Source: Betaproteobacteria bacterium (lineage in GTDB: Bacteria; Pseudomonadota; Gammaproteobacteria; Burkholderiales; Ga0077523). Taken from it: a stretch of DNA of 64,000 nt. Made by a program: the position numbers and the translations under genes. The notes under the pieces were generated by a model. It saw only the letters and a list, made by a program, of their open reading frames with translations. It was not told the origin of the DNA and did not search any database. Positions 1-11,915 of this stretch are shown here, in pieces. The stretch's first letter is position 1, and each line of letters starts with the position of its first letter. Location: positions 109,237 to 173,236 of the forward strand of contig JBAXBV010000002.1 in the NCBI GenBank assembly GCA_037141795.1. The letters run 5' to 3'.

Positions 1-12
1 GAGGAAAACAGC

Positions 13-1497
13 TCAACGCGGCAAGTCCGAGGAACCCATCAGAAACTCATCAACAGCGCGCGCGCATTGCCTGCCTTCGCGAATCGCCCAGACCACCAGC
101 GACTGCCCACGGCGGACGTCCCCCGCAGCGAACACCTTCGGGATGTTGGTCTGATAACAACCCGGTCCATCCGTAGTCGCCTTTGCGTTACCTCGCGCAT
201 CCTTCTGAACGCCAAACGCGTCGAGCATCATCTGGACCGGAGATACGAAGCCCATCGCGAAGAGCACCAGATCGGCAGGTAACTCGAATTCGCTACCACC
301 GACTTCCTGCATCCTCATCTGCCCCGTCGCCGGATCCTTTTCCCACTGAACCCTCACGCCAACCAGCGAACGCACGTGCCCATCTTCACCGCTGAACTCC
401 CGCGTAGATACCGCCCAATCACGAGAGCAACCCTCCTCGTGAGAGGAGGAGGTGCGGAGCTTCAGCGGCCAGTATGGCCATGTGAGAGCCTTATTCTCCT
501 GATCGGGAGGTTGGGGAAGCAACTCGAACTGAGTAACGGACTTTGCACCGTGACGATTCGAGGTACCGACACAATCCGACCCCGTGTCTCCACCTCCAAT
601 CACAATCACGTGCTTGCCCGTCGCAAGGATCTGCCCCTCGAACTGATCGCCAGCGACCACCTTGTTCTGCGCTGGCAGGAAATCCATGGCGAAGTGGATG
701 CCCTTCAAGTCACGACCAGGAATCTGAAGGTCCCGTGGTTGTTCCGCGCCTCCTGACAGGACCACGGCATCGAATGAAACGAGCAAATCCTGAACTTGAA
801 CCGCTTCCCGGGACGCAGCGCTGGAGGCCCCCGCCGTCGGCATAGGTCCAACCGTTACCCCGGCACGAAATTCCACACCTTCCGCCTCCATTTGGGCGAT
901 TCGGCGATCGATGTGGTGCTTTTCCATCTTGAAATCCGGGATGCCGTACCGCAGCAATCCTCCGATCCTGTCGTTCTTCTCGAAGACCACCACCGTGTGC
1001 CCGGCACGCGCGAGTTGCTGTGCACTCGCCAATCCAGCGGGCCCAGAACCAACGACAGCGACTCTCTTGCCAGTCTTGCGGGACGGCGGTTGGGGTACCA
1101 CCCAACCCATTTCCCATCCCTTGTCGATGATGGCATGTTCAATCGACTTGATTCCCACCGCATCGTTGTTGATGTTCAGGGTGCAGGCCGCCTCGCAAGG
1201 CGCAGGACAGATCCGGCCCGTGAATTCGGGAAAGTTGTTGGTGGAATGCAGCGTGTCGAGGGCCTGCTTCCAGTTCTGCCGGAACACCAGATCATTCCAA
1301 TCAGGGATGATGTTGTTGACAGGACATCCCTGCATGCAGAATGGAATGCCGCAATCCATGCATCTCGCGCCCTGAATCTTTGCCTCTTCATCTTTCAGGT
1401 GCCCGACAAACTCTCGCCAATGCTTGACGCGGGACTCCTTCGATTCCGAAGCCTCCGAAAGGCGCTGGTACTCCATGAATCCTGTGATCTTGCCCAT
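13..1497 (-). CDS. gltD: Glutamate synthase (NADPH) small subunit
   Basis: ORF 13..1521 (-). Fe-S Cys cluster [17 protein letters not shown] and Rossmann motif [22 protein letters not shown]; lies directly downstream of gltB. Start trimmed to internal [10 protein letters not shown] (typical GltD N-terminus, AAGGG just upstream). The Met at 1521 remains possible. Confidence 0.95.
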   Translation of the reverse strand: MGKITGFMEYQRLSEASESKESRVKHWREFVGHLKDEEAKIQGARCMDCGIPFCMQGCPVNNIIPDWNDLVFRQNWKQALDTLHSTNNFPEFTGRICPAPCEAACTLNINNDAVGIKSIEHAIIDKGWEMGWVVPQPPSRKTGKRVAVVGSGPAGLASAQQLARAGHTVVVFEKNDRIGGLLRYGIPDFKMEKHHIDRRIAQMEAEGVEFRAGVTVGPMPTAGASSAASREAVQVQDLLVSFDAVVLSGGAEQPRDLQIPGRDLKGIHFAMDFLPAQNKVVAGDQFEGQILATGKHVIVIGGGDTGSDCVGTSNRHGAKSVTQFELLPQPPDQENKALTWPYWPLKLRTSSSHEEGCSRDWAVSTREFSGEDGHVRSLVGVRVQWEKDPATGQMRMQEVGGSEFELPADLVLFAMGFVSPVQMMLDAFGVQKDARGNAKATTDGPGCYQTNIPKVFAAGDVRRGQSLVVWAIREGRQCARAVDEFLMGSSDLPR

Positions 1498-1580
1498 CGT
1501 ACCCTTGATCAGTCTCGTCATTCGCCGCGAACCCGCGGCAACCTAGCCCACCGGATACACTCCGGCGAGATCCCATATGT

Positions 1581-4500
1581 TCAGGCGGCAATCCGGCGAT
1601 GTCTTTCGGCGAGTTCTCCGAGCGCGCGCCGATACTCGTTCGGGAACACCTTGACGAACTTCGAACGCCACTCATCCCAAGCATCGAGAATGACTCTGGC
1701 GCGAGCGCTACCAGTGCGACGCATATGCGTTTCTATGCACCTGCGAAGGATCGACTCATCGGTCTCGCCGAGGTGCCAGAAGTCCCGAGACAATCTGCCA
1801 TCCTGCTCCGCGCTGGAGAGGAGCGGTTCAAGAGACACCATCGAGAGATTGCAGCGGGTCCCGAAGGAACCGTCCTCATCAAGAACATAGGCAATACCGC
1901 CTGACATGCCAGCCGCGAAGTTTCGGCCGGTCATGCCAAGGACTACAACGGTACCACCCGTCATGTATTCACATCCGTGGTCTCCGACGCCCTCGACGAC
2001 CGCTTGGCCCCCGGAGTTCCTGACGCAGAAACGTTCCCCTGCAACGCCCAGAAAATAAGCCTCTCCAGAAGTGGCACCGTACATCACCGTGTTACCCACG
2101 ATGATGTTCTGCGTCGGATCACCCCGAAACTTGGGTGAGGGTTGCACGGTGATCTGACCACCACACATCCCCTTTCCGACATAGTCGTTGCCTTCTCCAA
2201 TCAACTCCAGACTGATGCCTTTGGCCAGAAAGGCGCCGAAGCTCTGTCCGGCGGAACCGGCGAACCGGACATGTATGGTCCCTTCTGGCAACCCGACCTG
2301 TCCGTATCTCCTGGCCACCTCCGAGGACAGCATCGTGCCGACCGTGCGGTTGAGGTTTCGAATCGGCATCTCGATCGAGACCTTCTCCGCCCTTTCCAGC
2401 GCCGGTTGGGCGAGTTCGATCAATCGGTGATCAAGCGCCTTTTCCAGGCCATGATCTTGCGTATCAACGTGACGGCGGGGGACCTCTCCCGAAATCGCAG
2501 GGCTATGGAACACCTTTGAAAAATCCAAACCTTTCGCTTTCCAATGCTCTACGCCCGCCTTCATGTCAAGAAGGTCCGATCGGCCGATGAGGTCTTCGAA
2601 GCGCCGAATTCCGAGTTGCGCCATGTAACCCCGAACCTCTTCCGCCACGAAGAAGAAATAGTTGACCACATGTTCCGGTTGTCCACGGAAACGCTTTCGC
2701 AGTTCGGGATCCTGGGTCGCAACTCCAACTGGACACGTATTCAGATGACACTTTCGCATCATGATGCAACCGCTGACAACTAGCGGCGCCGTCGCGAACC
2801 CGAACTCGTCCGCCCCGAGTAGCGCCCCAACCAGGACATCTCGACCGGTCTTCATCTGGCCATCCACCTGCACGGCAATACGCCCGCGCAGTCGATTCAA
2901 CACAAGAGTCTGTTGAGTTTCCGACAGACCGAGCTCCCACGGTGTGCCGGCGTGCTTGATGGAAGACCATGGAGAAGCGCCGGTTCCACCATCATGACCG
3001 GAGATGGTCACGTGATCGGACTTTGCCTTGGCCACTCCTGCAGCAACTGTCCCGACACCGATTTCCGACACCAGCTTGACGCTGATCGACGCTCTCGGGT
3101 TGGCGTTCTTCAAGTCATGGATCAACTGGGCGAGATCTTCAATGGAGTAGATATCGTGATGTGGGGGCGGCGAGATCAGACCGACACCCGGGACGGAGAA
3201 CCGTAGTTCCGCGATGTATTCGGTTACCTTGTGACCAGGCAGCTGCCCACCTTCTCCGGGCTTTGCGCCCTGTGCCATCTTGATTTGGATCTGGTCGGCT
3301 GAACTCAGGTACTCCGCCGTCACACCGAACCGCCCGGACGCAACCTGCTTGATCTTCGAACGCAGGGAATCTCCAGCCTTCAACTGGATGTCCTGCATCA
3401 CTCGGTCCGCCCCTATCCGGGACGCGAGCGTTTCTCCCGGGAGCAACGGCAAATAGCGTTTGGGGTCCTCACCGCCCTCTCCCGTGTTCGACTTACCACC
3501 GATACGGTTCATCGCCACTGCCAAAGTCGCGTGCGCCTCGGTAGAGATTGAACCCAGCGACATGGCGCCCGTCGCGAAACGCTTGACGATCTCCCTGGCT
3601 GGTTCCACTTCCTCGATCGGCGCGGAGCGCGACGGATCCACCCGAAGCTCAAACAGGCCCCGGAAGGTCATGTGGCGCCGGGACTGATCGTTGATGACCT
3701 TCGCGTACTCCTGGTAGGTGACATAGGAGTTTGCCCGCGTGGAATGCTGCAGCTTGGCGATGGCATCGGGAGTCCACATGTGCTCCTCCCCACGCACTCG
3801 AAACGCATACTCCCCCCCCGCCTCGAGAGCAGAGGCGAGCACCGGATCTGCACCGAAAGCAGCCTTGTGCAGGAGGATGGCCTCTTCAGCCACCTCGAAA
3901 ACTCCAATGCCCTCAACGGATGAAGTCGTGCCAGTGAAGTACTTTTCGACGAGAACGGAAGACAACCCAACAGCTTCGAAAATCTGTGCCCCCGTGTAGG
4001 ACATGTACGTCGAGATCCCCATCTTCGACATGACCTTCATGAGACCCTTGCCCACCGCCTTGACGTAGTTCCTTATCGCCTTTTCCCCAGCGATTTCGGC
4101 TGGGAGGCCGTCCTGAACCTGTTGCAAGGTCTCCATCGCGAGGTACGGGTGAATCGCCTCGGCACCGTAGCCGCCAAGCAGCGCGAAGTGGTGAACCTCT
4201 CGGGCTGAACCCGTTTCGACAACAAGCCCGGCTGACGTCCTCAATCCCCGGTTGACGAGGTCCAGATGAATGGCAGATGTGGCGAGGAGCGCGGGTATTG
4301 CAACCTCTCCCGGACCCACTCCGCGGTCCGAAAGGATGAGGATGTTGTAGCCAGATCGGACCGCGTCCACCGCCTCGGCGCAGAGACTGGCAAGACGCGC
4401 CTCGATTGCCTGGCTTCCCCAGGCCACCGGATAGCAGATGTCGATCTCGTAGGCCCGGAACTTGTTGTCGGAAATCCTCGCGATATCCCTGATCTTTTCC

Positions 4501-6257
4501 ATCTCCGAGGGATCGAGGACCGGCTGGCTGACTTCGAGCCGCATGGGCGGGTTCGTCTCGTCGAGACCCAGAAGATTGGGTTTTGGCCCGACGAACGACA
4601 CCAGCGACATCACCAGATCTTCGCGAATGGGGTCGATCGGAGGATTCGTGACTTGCGCAAACAGTTGTTTGAAGTAGTGATAGAGAGTCTTGTTCTTCGA
4701 AGACAGCACCGCGAGAGGGCTGTCGTTACCCATGGAACCAATCGCCTCCTCGCCATCTCTTCCCATGGGGAGCAACTGGTACTTGAGGTCCTCCTGCGTG
4801 TAGCCAAAGGCCTGCTGACGGTCCAGCAAGGATGTGTCGGAAGAATCAGACCCCTTACTCGCCTGAGACAGTTCATCCAGCCGGATCCTGATGCTATCGA
4901 TCCAGCCCCGATAGGGCTTCGCGGCGGCAAGTTGATCCTTGAGTTCCTTGTCGTCGATTATCCGGCCAAGTTCCAGATCCACGAGAAACATCTTCCCGGG
5001 CTGAAGACGCCATTTCTTGATGATCCGATCCTCCGGGAACGGAAGGACTCCCGTCTCGGAAGCCATGACGACATGGTCGTCATCCGTGACAAAGTAACGA
5101 GCCGGACGCAGACCATTGCGGTCGAGGGTGGCACCAATCTGCCGCCCATCCGTGAAAGCCACGGCAGCGGGACCATCCCATGGTTCCATCATCGCCGCGT
5201 GATACTCATAGAAGGCCCGGCGACTTGGGTCCATCAGGCTATGCTTCTCCCAAGCTTCGGGAATCAACATCATCATCGCATGAGCCAGCGAGTACCCACC
5301 CATGAAGAGGAGCTCGAGGGCATTGTCGAAGGACGCGGAGTCCGATTGCCCCGGATAGATGAGTGGCCAGAGCTTCTCGAGATCCTTTCCCAGAACTGGA
5401 GAAGAGATAGCCCCCTCCCGGGCCCTCAGCCAGTTGACGTTTCCACGGAGCGTATTGATTTCTCCATTGTGGGCGATCATGCGAAACGGATGCGCGAGAT
5501 CCCACGTGGGAAAGGTATTCGTCGAAAAACGCTGATGCACCAAAGCGAGCGCCGACACGACCCGGGGATCGTTCAGATCCTGATAGTAGTTGCCAAGTTG
5601 ATCGGCCAGCAGCATGCCCTTGTATACAATTGTCCTCGCGGACATCGAGGGCACGTAGAACTCCTTGCCGTGCTCCAGACCCAGGGCTTGGATAGCATGC
5701 CCCGACCGCTTGCGGATCACATAGAGCTTTCGTTCCAGCGCATCCGTAACCGTGACATTACTGCCGGCGCCAATGAACACCTGCCTCATGACCGGTTCGA
5801 TACGCTTGACCGATTCCCCGAGAACGGAGTTTTCGCGCGGCACATCGCGCCATCCCAGTAGAACCTGTCCCTCCGCACGAACGGCCCGCTCGATTTCCTG
5901 CTCGCACGCCAGTCTGCTCGCCGGCTCCTGGGGCAGAAAAACCATTCCAACCCCGTACTCCCCCACCTCTGGCAGGTGAACACCTCGCTCACGCAATTCC
6001 TGCCGAAAGAATGCATCCGGAATCTGCAGAAGTATCCCGGCGCCGTCGCCCGCGAGAGGATCGGCCCCCGTCGCACCACGATGCGTCAGATTCCGCAGGA
6101 TCTGCAGCCCCTGCTCAACTATCCCGTGGCTTTTCTGGCCCTTTATGTGGGCGACGAACCCCACGCCACAGGCGTCATGCTCGTTTTCGGGGTCATACAG
6201 CCCCTGCTTCGTCGGAGGAAACTGATCGGTCACGGCGTACCTCATGATCTGCTGCAA
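1581..6257 (-). CDS. gltB: Glutamate synthase (NADPH) large subunit
   Basis: 1558 aa. Ntn-amidotransferase N-terminus ([13 protein letters not shown]), FMN/Fe-S central domain ([21 protein letters not shown]) and C-terminal GXGXG domain ([29 protein letters not shown]). Confidence 0.98.
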   Translation of the reverse strand: MQQIMRYAVTDQFPPTKQGLYDPENEHDACGVGFVAHIKGQKSHGIVEQGLQILRNLTHRGATGADPLAGDGAGILLQIPDAFFRQELRERGVHLPEVGEYGVGMVFLPQEPASRLACEQEIERAVRAEGQVLLGWRDVPRENSVLGESVKRIEPVMRQVFIGAGSNVTVTDALERKLYVIRKRSGHAIQALGLEHGKEFYVPSMSARTIVYKGMLLADQLGNYYQDLNDPRVVSALALVHQRFSTNTFPTWDLAHPFRMIAHNGEINTLRGNVNWLRAREGAISSPVLGKDLEKLWPLIYPGQSDSASFDNALELLFMGGYSLAHAMMMLIPEAWEKHSLMDPSRRAFYEYHAAMMEPWDGPAAVAFTDGRQIGATLDRNGLRPARYFVTDDDHVVMASETGVLPFPEDRIIKKWRLQPGKMFLVDLELGRIIDDKELKDQLAAAKPYRGWIDSIRIRLDELSQASKGSDSSDTSLLDRQQAFGYTQEDLKYQLLPMGRDGEEAIGSMGNDSPLAVLSSKNKTLYHYFKQLFAQVTNPPIDPIREDLVMSLVSFVGPKPNLLGLDETNPPMRLEVSQPVLDPSEMEKIRDIARISDNKFRAYEIDICYPVAWGSQAIEARLASLCAEAVDAVRSGYNILILSDRGVGPGEVAIPALLATSAIHLDLVNRGLRTSAGLVVETGSAREVHHFALLGGYGAEAIHPYLAMETLQQVQDGLPAEIAGEKAIRNYVKAVGKGLMKVMSKMGISTYMSYTGAQIFEAVGLSSVLVEKYFTGTTSSVEGIGVFEVAEEAILLHKAAFGADPVLASALEAGGEYAFRVRGEEHMWTPDAIAKLQHSTRANSYVTYQEYAKVINDQSRRHMTFRGLFELRVDPSRSAPIEEVEPAREIVKRFATGAMSLGSISTEAHATLAVAMNRIGGKSNTGEGGEDPKRYLPLLPGETLASRIGADRVMQDIQLKAGDSLRSKIKQVASGRFGVTAEYLSSADQIQIKMAQGAKPGEGGQLPGHKVTEYIAELRFSVPGVGLISPPPHHDIYSIEDLAQLIHDLKNANPRASISVKLVSEIGVGTVAAGVAKAKSDHVTISGHDGGTGASPWSSIKHAGTPWELGLSETQQTLVLNRLRGRIAVQVDGQMKTGRDVLVGALLGADEFGFATAPLVVSGCIMMRKCHLNTCPVGVATQDPELRKRFRGQPEHVVNYFFFVAEEVRGYMAQLGIRRFEDLIGRSDLLDMKAGVEHWKAKGLDFSKVFHSPAISGEVPRRHVDTQDHGLEKALDHRLIELAQPALERAEKVSIEMPIRNLNRTVGTMLSSEVARRYGQVGLPEGTIHVRFAGSAGQSFGAFLAKGISLELIGEGNDYVGKGMCGGQITVQPSPKFRGDPTQNIIVGNTVMYGATSGEAYFLGVAGERFCVRNSGGQAVVEGVGDHGCEYMTGGTVVVLGMTGRNFAAGMSGGIAYVLDEDGSFGTRCNLSMVSLEPLLSSAEQDGRLSRDFWHLGETDESILRRCIETHMRRTGSARARVILDAWDEWRSKFVKVFPNEYRRALGELAERHRRIAA

Positions 6258-6399
6258 GAGCCAGTGAGCTCCTGACCCCGGACTAGAGATCCATGGGCTG
6301 GCAACTCTCTTGAATACTCAGAATAAGAACGAAATGGTAACCCCAAGCGCGCGGGGGCTTCAATGACCAGTTCCACCGGGGTATCCGCAAGAGAAGGCC

Positions 6400-7521
6400 T
6401 CAGAGATTCTCCACGGCGAAAAGCCTCCGATGCTCCAGCGTCGCGTACCTGTCGGTCATCCCTGCGATGTAGTCGGCGATCGTCCGCGGCCCTTCAGTCG
6501 ATGCACGCTCCTGGTATTCGGTCGGAAGCAAGCGGAGGTCGCTCGAGAAAGCGGCGAAAAGATCCGTGACGATTCGCCTCGACTTGGCCGCCATCCGGGC
6601 CACACGATAATGCTGGTACAAGCGCAGCCTGAGAAATCTCTTTAGCTCCCGCTGCTCCTCGCGTGCCGCCGCGCTGAAACCTATCAGCGGACCAGCCAGT
6701 CGAGCGTCGTCTATCGTGCCGGGCGCGGCCGACTCGATGCAAGCTTGGCTGTGCCGAATGAGGTCGATCACGAGAGTGTTGATCATGCGGCGTACAGTTT
6801 CGTGAACTTGCCGCCGGTCCTGCAGACATGGGTACCGGGTTCGTACTTCTTCCAGGTGCCTGCGAAAGATGGAAACCTCCTGCAACTCCTCAATACTGAG
6901 AAGCCCTGATCTCAGGCCATCATCCACGTCATGGTTGTTGTAGGCAAGCTCATCGGCCACGTTCGCCAGCTGTGCCTCCAGGCTCGGTTGATGCCCAAGC
7001 ACAAAACGCCGACCCACGTCTCCAAGCCGTTCCGCATTCGGAGCCGAGCAGTGTTTCAGGATGCCTTCCCGGGCCTCGAAGGTGAGGTTGAGACCATCGA
7101 AATCGCCGTACCTCATCTCCAGATGATCCACCACTCGGAGTGATTGGAGATTGTGCTCAAACCCCCCCCACTCGCGCATGCATTCGTTGAGCGCGTCCTG
7201 CCCGGCATGGCCAAATGGGGTGTGTCCAAGGTCATGCGCAAGGGCAATTCCCTCCACCAGGTCTTCATTGAGACCGAGATTGCGCGCCGCGGACCGGGCT
7301 ATCTGAGCGACCTCGATGGAATGGGTGAGACGCGTCCGGAAAAGATCCCCCTCATGGTTGACGAAAACCTGGGTCTTGTATTCAAGCCGCCGGAACGCAG
7401 TGGAGTGGACAATCCTGTCCCGGTCCCTCTGGTACTCGGTACGACCCTCGGGAGGCGCCTCACGTAGCCGTCGGCCGCGCGACATTTCAGGGCGCGCGGC
7501 ATAGGGCGCAAGGTCACCCAT
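6400..7521 (-). CDS. dgt: dGTPase-like deoxyguanosinetriphosphate triphosphohydrolase (HD domain)
   Basis: 373 aa. N-terminus [32 protein letters not shown] and HD motif [12 protein letters not shown]...[15 protein letters not shown]. The start overlaps the aroB stop region. Confidence 0.9.
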   Translation of the reverse strand: MGDLAPYAARPEMSRGRRLREAPPEGRTEYQRDRDRIVHSTAFRRLEYKTQVFVNHEGDLFRTRLTHSIEVAQIARSAARNLGLNEDLVEGIALAHDLGHTPFGHAGQDALNECMREWGGFEHNLQSLRVVDHLEMRYGDFDGLNLTFEAREGILKHCSAPNAERLGDVGRRFVLGHQPSLEAQLANVADELAYNNHDVDDGLRSGLLSIEELQEVSIFRRHLEEVRTRYPCLQDRRQVHETVRRMINTLVIDLIRHSQACIESAAPGTIDDARLAGPLIGFSAAAREEQRELKRFLRLRLYQHYRVARMAAKSRRIVTDLFAAFSSDLRLLPTEYQERASTEGPRTIADYIAGMTDRYATLEHRRLFAVENL

Positions 7522-8602
7522 GTCGGTCCGGAGAACTCAGCACAGCCTCGAGCACATCCCATGGAACTGCATCATCCAGATAGGCATCGCCCAAGGCGCG
7601 CAGCAGGACAAAGCGCAACCGGCCGGACTCCACTTTCTTGTCATGTCCCATGAGTTCAAGCCACCGGGAAAACGGTAACGACGGCGCCAGAACGGGAAGG
7701 CCGGCGCGTGCCAGCAACTGCTCGATCCGGCCAACATCACTATCCGTCAAACATCCGAGCTTGCGGGAAACCCTGGCCGCCAGAACCATTCCTGCAGCAA
7801 CCGCCTCGCCATGAAGCCAGGTCCCGAAGCCAAGGGCCGCCTCGATGGCATGCCCGAACGTATGGCCCAGGTTCAGCAACGCTCGTCGCCCTGACTCCCG
7901 TTCGTCCTGCTCCACGATATCCGCCTTGTTGCGACAACATCGCTGTACCACGTGGGCGAGGGCCGCCCTGTCCCTATCCAGCAACGCGCCGAGGTTGACC
8001 TCCAGCCAGTCGAAAAACGGCGCATCCCCAAGAATTCCGTACTTGATCACTTCAGCGAGACCCGCCGAAAACTCGCGCCGCGGAAGTGTGTCAAGCGTGT
8101 CGAGGTCAGCCATGACGACTCGGGGTTGATGAAAAGCCCCGATCATGTTCTTACCTAGGGGATGGTTTATGCCCGTCTTCCCGCCCACTGATGAGTCCAC
8201 TTGCGCAAGAAGCGTCGTAGGCACCTGAACAAAAGGCACTCCGCGAAGATAGGTGGCTGCAGCAAAACCTGCCAGATCACCCACTACCCCACCGCCCAAC
8301 GCAACCAGGGCGGTTTTCCGCTCACACCGCGCAACCAGAAGGGCGTTGAAGATCTCATTCAACGTTTCCCAGGTCTTGAATGACTCTCCGTCCCGGATGA
8401 CGATCGGCAAGACCTCAACCCCGGCACGCTCGAGGCTACCGCGAAACTTGCTCAGATAGAGGGGACCGACGACATCGTTGGTGATTACTACCGCCCTGGC
8501 CTGTGGCAGAACGGCTCTGATCAGGTCACCTCGGACAAGCAATCCAGGACCGATGTGAATGGTGTATGCCGCAGTCCCAAGACCAACGGTGGTGCTCAAC
8601 AT
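7514..8602 (-). CDS. aroB: 3-dehydroquinate synthase
   Basis: ORF 7514..8815 trimmed to MLSTTVGLG (ATG 8602-8600), which overlaps the aroK stop as ATGTTGA. Motif [58 protein letters not shown]. The upstream 71 aa of the ORF overlap aroK and look non-protein. Confidence 0.93.
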   Translation of the reverse strand: MLSTTVGLGTAAYTIHIGPGLLVRGDLIRAVLPQARAVVITNDVVGPLYLSKFRGSLERAGVEVLPIVIRDGESFKTWETLNEIFNALLVARCERKTALVALGGGVVGDLAGFAAATYLRGVPFVQVPTTLLAQVDSSVGGKTGINHPLGKNMIGAFHQPRVVMADLDTLDTLPRREFSAGLAEVIKYGILGDAPFFDWLEVNLGALLDRDRAALAHVVQRCCRNKADIVEQDERESGRRALLNLGHTFGHAIEAALGFGTWLHGEAVAAGMVLAARVSRKLGCLTDSDVGRIEQLLARAGLPVLAPSLPFSRWLELMGHDKKVESGRLRFVLLRALGDAYLDDAVPWDVLEAVLSSPDRHG

Positions 8603-9174
8603 CCGGCTGTCGCCCCCTCTCGCCGATTCAATCGAACCAGCGCCTGTTCCAGTTGAAAAACGAACGTCCGAAGACTTTGGCTGCCGGTGTCCATGACAAC
8701 GTGGGCAACTTCCCGGTAGAGCGGATCGCGTACTGCAAGCAACTCCGCCAACTTCGCCCGTGGGTCGGCAGTCTGGAGCAAGGGTCGGTTTCGGTCCTTG
8801 CGAGTCCGGTTCCACAATTCATCGACTGTGGCCCGCAGATATACAACCGTCCCGCGTGAACGCAAGGCGGCCCGGTTGTCAGGGTTGAGAACGACCCCTC
8901 CCCCAGTGGCGAGGACGAGATTGCTTCCCCTGGTCAATTCATCGATTGCCGCCGATTCCCGTTGCCGGAAACCGGATTCCCCTTCAATCTCGAAGATCAC
9001 AGGAATGCGGACCCCGGTCCTTGACTCGATCTGATGGTCGGAATCGATGAATTGCTTGCCAAGGCGCCGGGCGAGAAGGCGTCCGACCGACGTCTTGCCG
9101 GCGCCCATCAAGCCCACGAGAAAAATGTTGCCGGAGATTCCAGGAGCGATGGCAGGGGCTGCTGATTTCTGCAT
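8596..9174 (-). CDS. aroK: Shikimate kinase
   Basis: 192 aa with Walker [16 protein letters not shown]. Conserved pilQ-aroK-aroB order. Confidence 0.95.
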   Translation of the reverse strand: MQKSAAPAIAPGISGNIFLVGLMGAGKTSVGRLLARRLGKQFIDSDHQIESRTGVRIPVIFEIEGESGFRQRESAAIDELTRGSNLVLATGGGVVLNPDNRAALRSRGTVVYLRATVDELWNRTRKDRNRPLLQTADPRAKLAELLAVRDPLYREVAHVVMDTGSQSLRTFVFQLEQALVRLNRREGATAGC

Positions 9175-9194
9175 GACACAATTCTAGCCCGGAA

Positions 9195-9231
9195 CCTTCC
9201 CGGACCAAGCCCTCGGTAGCGGTCGGGAAGG
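9195..9231 (-). other. Stable stem-loop in the pilQ-aroK spacer
   Basis: CCTTCCCGGACC (9195-9206) pairs with GGTCGGGAAGG (9221-9231): 11 bp with one bulge and a 14-nt loop. There is no U-tract, so it is not a canonical terminator. Confidence 0.4.
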
Positions 9232-9240
9232 ATGCAGTCC

Positions 9241-11385
9241 TCACCGGACGACGAGACCGTCCTTGAGTATCCTCGGGGTCACAAATACCAGCAATTCGCG
9301 ACGATCGTTGAAGCGTCGCTCATTGCGAAAGAAGAAGCCGATGACCGGGATGTCCCCCAGCAGGGGGATCTTGCTCAACTGCGTGTTTTCGTCCTGCGTG
9401 TAGATACCCCCGATCCCGATCGTACCCCCGTTCTCCACAAGAACCTCGGTCGTCACCTGCTTCGTGTCGATGGCCGGGCCCGCGTTGGTGGTGACGCCAA
9501 TGCTGTCCTTGTGAACGTCCAATCTCATGATTACATTGTCGTCCGGGGTCACCTGCGGGCGCACCTTGAGCGAGAGGGTCGCCTTGCGGAAGGCAATGGC
9601 GGTGGCTCCAGCGGCCGTCGCCGTGAGGTACGGTATTTCCGTTCCCTGCTCGATGTTCGCCTCGACGTTGTCTGCAGTGATCACGCGCGGACTCGAAATG
9701 ATCTTGCCACGTGCATCTACCTGAAGAGCCGTTATCTCGAGGTTCAGGAACCTGGTCTGACCCGGATTGAACAAGGTGAATGTGAAGGCACCGGGTGTTC
9801 CGCTGCCTGCCCCCAGACCCGGAGCCGGCAGGTTCACCGCAAAGGAATCCTGGAAAGAAGTCGCGTAGTCCACTGTCTGGCCTGTTTGTACCCCGACACT
9901 TCGCGAGTTTCCACCGATGACCATTCGCGCCCGATCACCTCCAAAGGGCTGGAAACCGCTAGCCCCCAGCGAAACGGTACCCAGTCTGGCACCGACCGAT
10001 CGACCGAAAGTATCGGACGCCTCGACTATCCTCGCCTCTATCATCACTTGCCGAACGGCAATGTCTATTCTCTTGATGAGCGCGGAGATCTCCTCGAGCT
10101 TGCTGGTGACGTCCTGAACGAAGAGCGTATTGGTCCTCGGATCGATGACCGCGCTGCCACGTTTCGAAAGGAGACGTTGATTGGGGTCCGAGATGATCTT
10201 CTGGAACGACTCGGCCTTCATGTAGTTGAGCTGAAAACTCTCCGTACGCGTCGGCTCGAGCTCCTGGATCTGCTGCTGCGCTTCGAGCGCGAGTTTCTCC
10301 TTGGTTGCCAGTTCGTCCCGCGGAGCAATCCAGACCACATTGCCATTCTTCCGCAAGTCCAACCCCTTGGCCTGCAGAATGATATCCAGGGCCTGATCCC
10401 AAGGCACATCCTTGAGCCGCAGAGTGAGGTTTCCGCCGACGGTATCGCTGGTAATGATGTTGAGCCCTGTGAAGTCGGCGATGACCTGCAGAACAGCACG
10501 GACCTCGATGTTCTGGAAGTTCAGTGAAAGTTTGTCGCCTGTGTAACCTCGGCCCGAAGCCGCCCCCAGCTTGTTGGGGTCTTCCACAACAGTCTTGACC
10601 TCGATGATGAGACGTTTGTCGGCCTGATAGGCCGAGTGCTCCCAGCTGCCACGTGGCGTTACGACAAGCCGGGCATTGCCACTTTGGCGCGACGCCTCCA
10701 CGGCCTCCACCGGCGTCGCAAAGTCGGTGACATCGAGACGGCGCTGAAGATTTGCAGGGATCTCCGTTTGCAGAAAATCGACAACCAGCGACTTTCCCTG
10801 CCGGCGAATATCAATTCCCGTCGAACTATCCGAAAGGTCTATGACGATCTGACCCTCACCCAGCTTTCCTCGGCGAAAGTCGATATTCAGCAGCGAGTGC
10901 GCCACGTTGTTTCGCCCCTGAGCGAACTGCGCAGTCTCATTGGCAGATGCGGACACCCCCGTCGAACCGCCCTGCAAGGTCACGACAAAGAACTTCTCCT
11001 CAACTCGAGCCTCATACTTGACGGGTCGAGCCAAATTGAAGACGACTCGTGTGCGGCCAGGGGCCTGCCCGAGGCGAATCGACCGTACCTCAGTGTTGCC
11101 GACCTCTTGAGTACTCTTCCCGAGCCCATTGACCGTACCTCGGAAATCAAAGGCGATCCTGGGAGGATTACTGATTGCAAAGGCCGCTGGTGGATTGGGA
11201 AGGGGATCGCGGGTCCGGATCTTGACGATCACTTTCCCGCCTTGCGCGGAAAGCACTTCCACCGCCTCAATCGAGTTCAAGCCGGGCTCTGGCGACTCCT
11301 TGGCGGCCGCACTCTGAAAGGGCAATACCATGACGGCCACCGCCGCCAAGAGTCCACGCCCGAGATTTCCCCACGCCATCTTCAT
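9241..11385 (-). CDS. pilQ: Type IV pilus secretin PilQ
   Basis: 714 aa. Signal peptide, N-terminal AMIN-like repeats and secretin C-terminus (SKIPLLGDIPVIGFFFRN...ELLVFVTPRIL). Last gene of pilMNOPQ; ATGA overlap with the pilP stop. Confidence 0.95.
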   Translation of the reverse strand: MKMAWGNLGRGLLAAVAVMVLPFQSAAAKESPEPGLNSIEAVEVLSAQGGKVIVKIRTRDPLPNPPAAFAISNPPRIAFDFRGTVNGLGKSTQEVGNTEVRSIRLGQAPGRTRVVFNLARPVKYEARVEEKFFVVTLQGGSTGVSASANETAQFAQGRNNVAHSLLNIDFRRGKLGEGQIVIDLSDSSTGIDIRRQGKSLVVDFLQTEIPANLQRRLDVTDFATPVEAVEASRQSGNARLVVTPRGSWEHSAYQADKRLIIEVKTVVEDPNKLGAASGRGYTGDKLSLNFQNIEVRAVLQVIADFTGLNIITSDTVGGNLTLRLKDVPWDQALDIILQAKGLDLRKNGNVVWIAPRDELATKEKLALEAQQQIQELEPTRTESFQLNYMKAESFQKIISDPNQRLLSKRGSAVIDPRTNTLFVQDVTSKLEEISALIKRIDIAVRQVMIEARIVEASDTFGRSVGARLGTVSLGASGFQPFGGDRARMVIGGNSRSVGVQTGQTVDYATSFQDSFAVNLPAPGLGAGSGTPGAFTFTLFNPGQTRFLNLEITALQVDARGKIISSPRVITADNVEANIEQGTEIPYLTATAAGATAIAFRKATLSLKVRPQVTPDDNVIMRLDVHKDSIGVTTNAGPAIDTKQVTTEVLVENGGTIGIGGIYTQDENTQLSKIPLLGDIPVIGFFFRNERRFNDRRELLVFVTPRILKDGLVVR

Positions 11386-11915
11386 TGCGTCGACTCCTCT
11401 TGATCGAGCAGCTGCAGACTGCTCGTCCGCTCCGACCAGACGCCGGATGCATCCTGAAAGACTTCCTTGATCGTTATCGCTGACTCCGTAATGGTGGTAA
11501 CCACACCGAAGCTTTGCCCGAGGTAGCTTCCCGCCTTGATCTGGTAGAGATTGTTCTCCGGAGTCCTGACTAGGGCGAACATTTTTCTGCTCTTGTCCTG
11601 GAGAGTGCCGACCATCTTCAGACTCTCCAGCGGATATGCTTCAAGAGCCTCCTTGCGCCTGGCCTCGCTCGCCTGAGCGGGCCGCTCCCCAACCCCCGAA
11701 CCACCGGGATCCACTTTTCGCGGCTTGAAGGGATCCGGCAGATCATAAGCCTGGTAAGTGAAGGGCTCATACGGCTTCACTTCCGGGGGAACATCGACCT
11801 TGCCTCGCAGATTCGACGAGGACTCGTTCACGAACTTTCGCAGGTCTTCGTATTCTTCCCCACCACAGCCAGCGACGAGGACAACAATCGTCAGCACGAG
11901 AAGGCGAGCACTCAT
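11382..11915 (-). CDS. pilP: Type IV pilus assembly lipoprotein PilP
   Basis: 177 aa with lipobox LVAGC near the N-terminus. Position between pilO and pilQ, with 4-nt overlaps on both sides. Confidence 0.85.
   Translation of the reverse strand: MSARLLVLTIVVLVAGCGGEEYEDLRKFVNESSSNLRGKVDVPPEVKPYEPFTYQAYDLPDPFKPRKVDPGGSGVGERPAQASEARRKEALEAYPLESLKMVGTLQDKSRKMFALVRTPENNLYQIKAGSYLGQSFGVVTTITESAITIKEVFQDASGVWSERTSSLQLLDQEESTQ

Noticed and set aside
796-1890. 364-aa + strand ORF spanning the gltD/gltB junction
   Set aside because: It is antisense to two well-supported genes, is Arg/Ser/Pro-rich and has no independent support.
3812-3819. C8 homopolymer tract as a possible phase-variation slippage site
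   Set aside because: It encodes Gly-Gly (GCG GGG GGG GAG on the - strand) in the middle of the essential, intact gltB gene. It is a single tract with no contingency-locus context.
4266-5861. 531-aa ORF on the + strand, antisense to gltB
   Set aside because: It lies entirely inside gltB, whose frame shows unmistakable family motifs end to end. The antisense product is Arg/Gly/Pro/His-rich with no recognisable motif, which is the typical stop-poor shadow ORF of GC-rich DNA.
6296-6312. Sigma-54-like motif TGGCAA-N5-TTGAA in the gltB/dgt spacer
   Set aside because: The -12 element lacks the critical GC. The motif is also on the + strand, pointing into the 3' end of a - strand gene, with no gene to drive.
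7471-7499. 8-bp GC hairpin GCCGCGCG...CGCGCGGC sharing the 9-mer GACATTTCA with the ubiH-dusB inverted-repeat arms
   Set aside because: It lies inside the dgt coding region (codons for PEMSRGRRL, part of a conserved N-terminal motif). The shared 9-mer is short enough to be chance, and it does not reproduce the full 18-nt arm.
9232-10527. 431-aa ORF on the + strand, antisense to pilQ
   Set aside because: It is nested in the secretin gene, has no motif support and has shadow-ORF composition.
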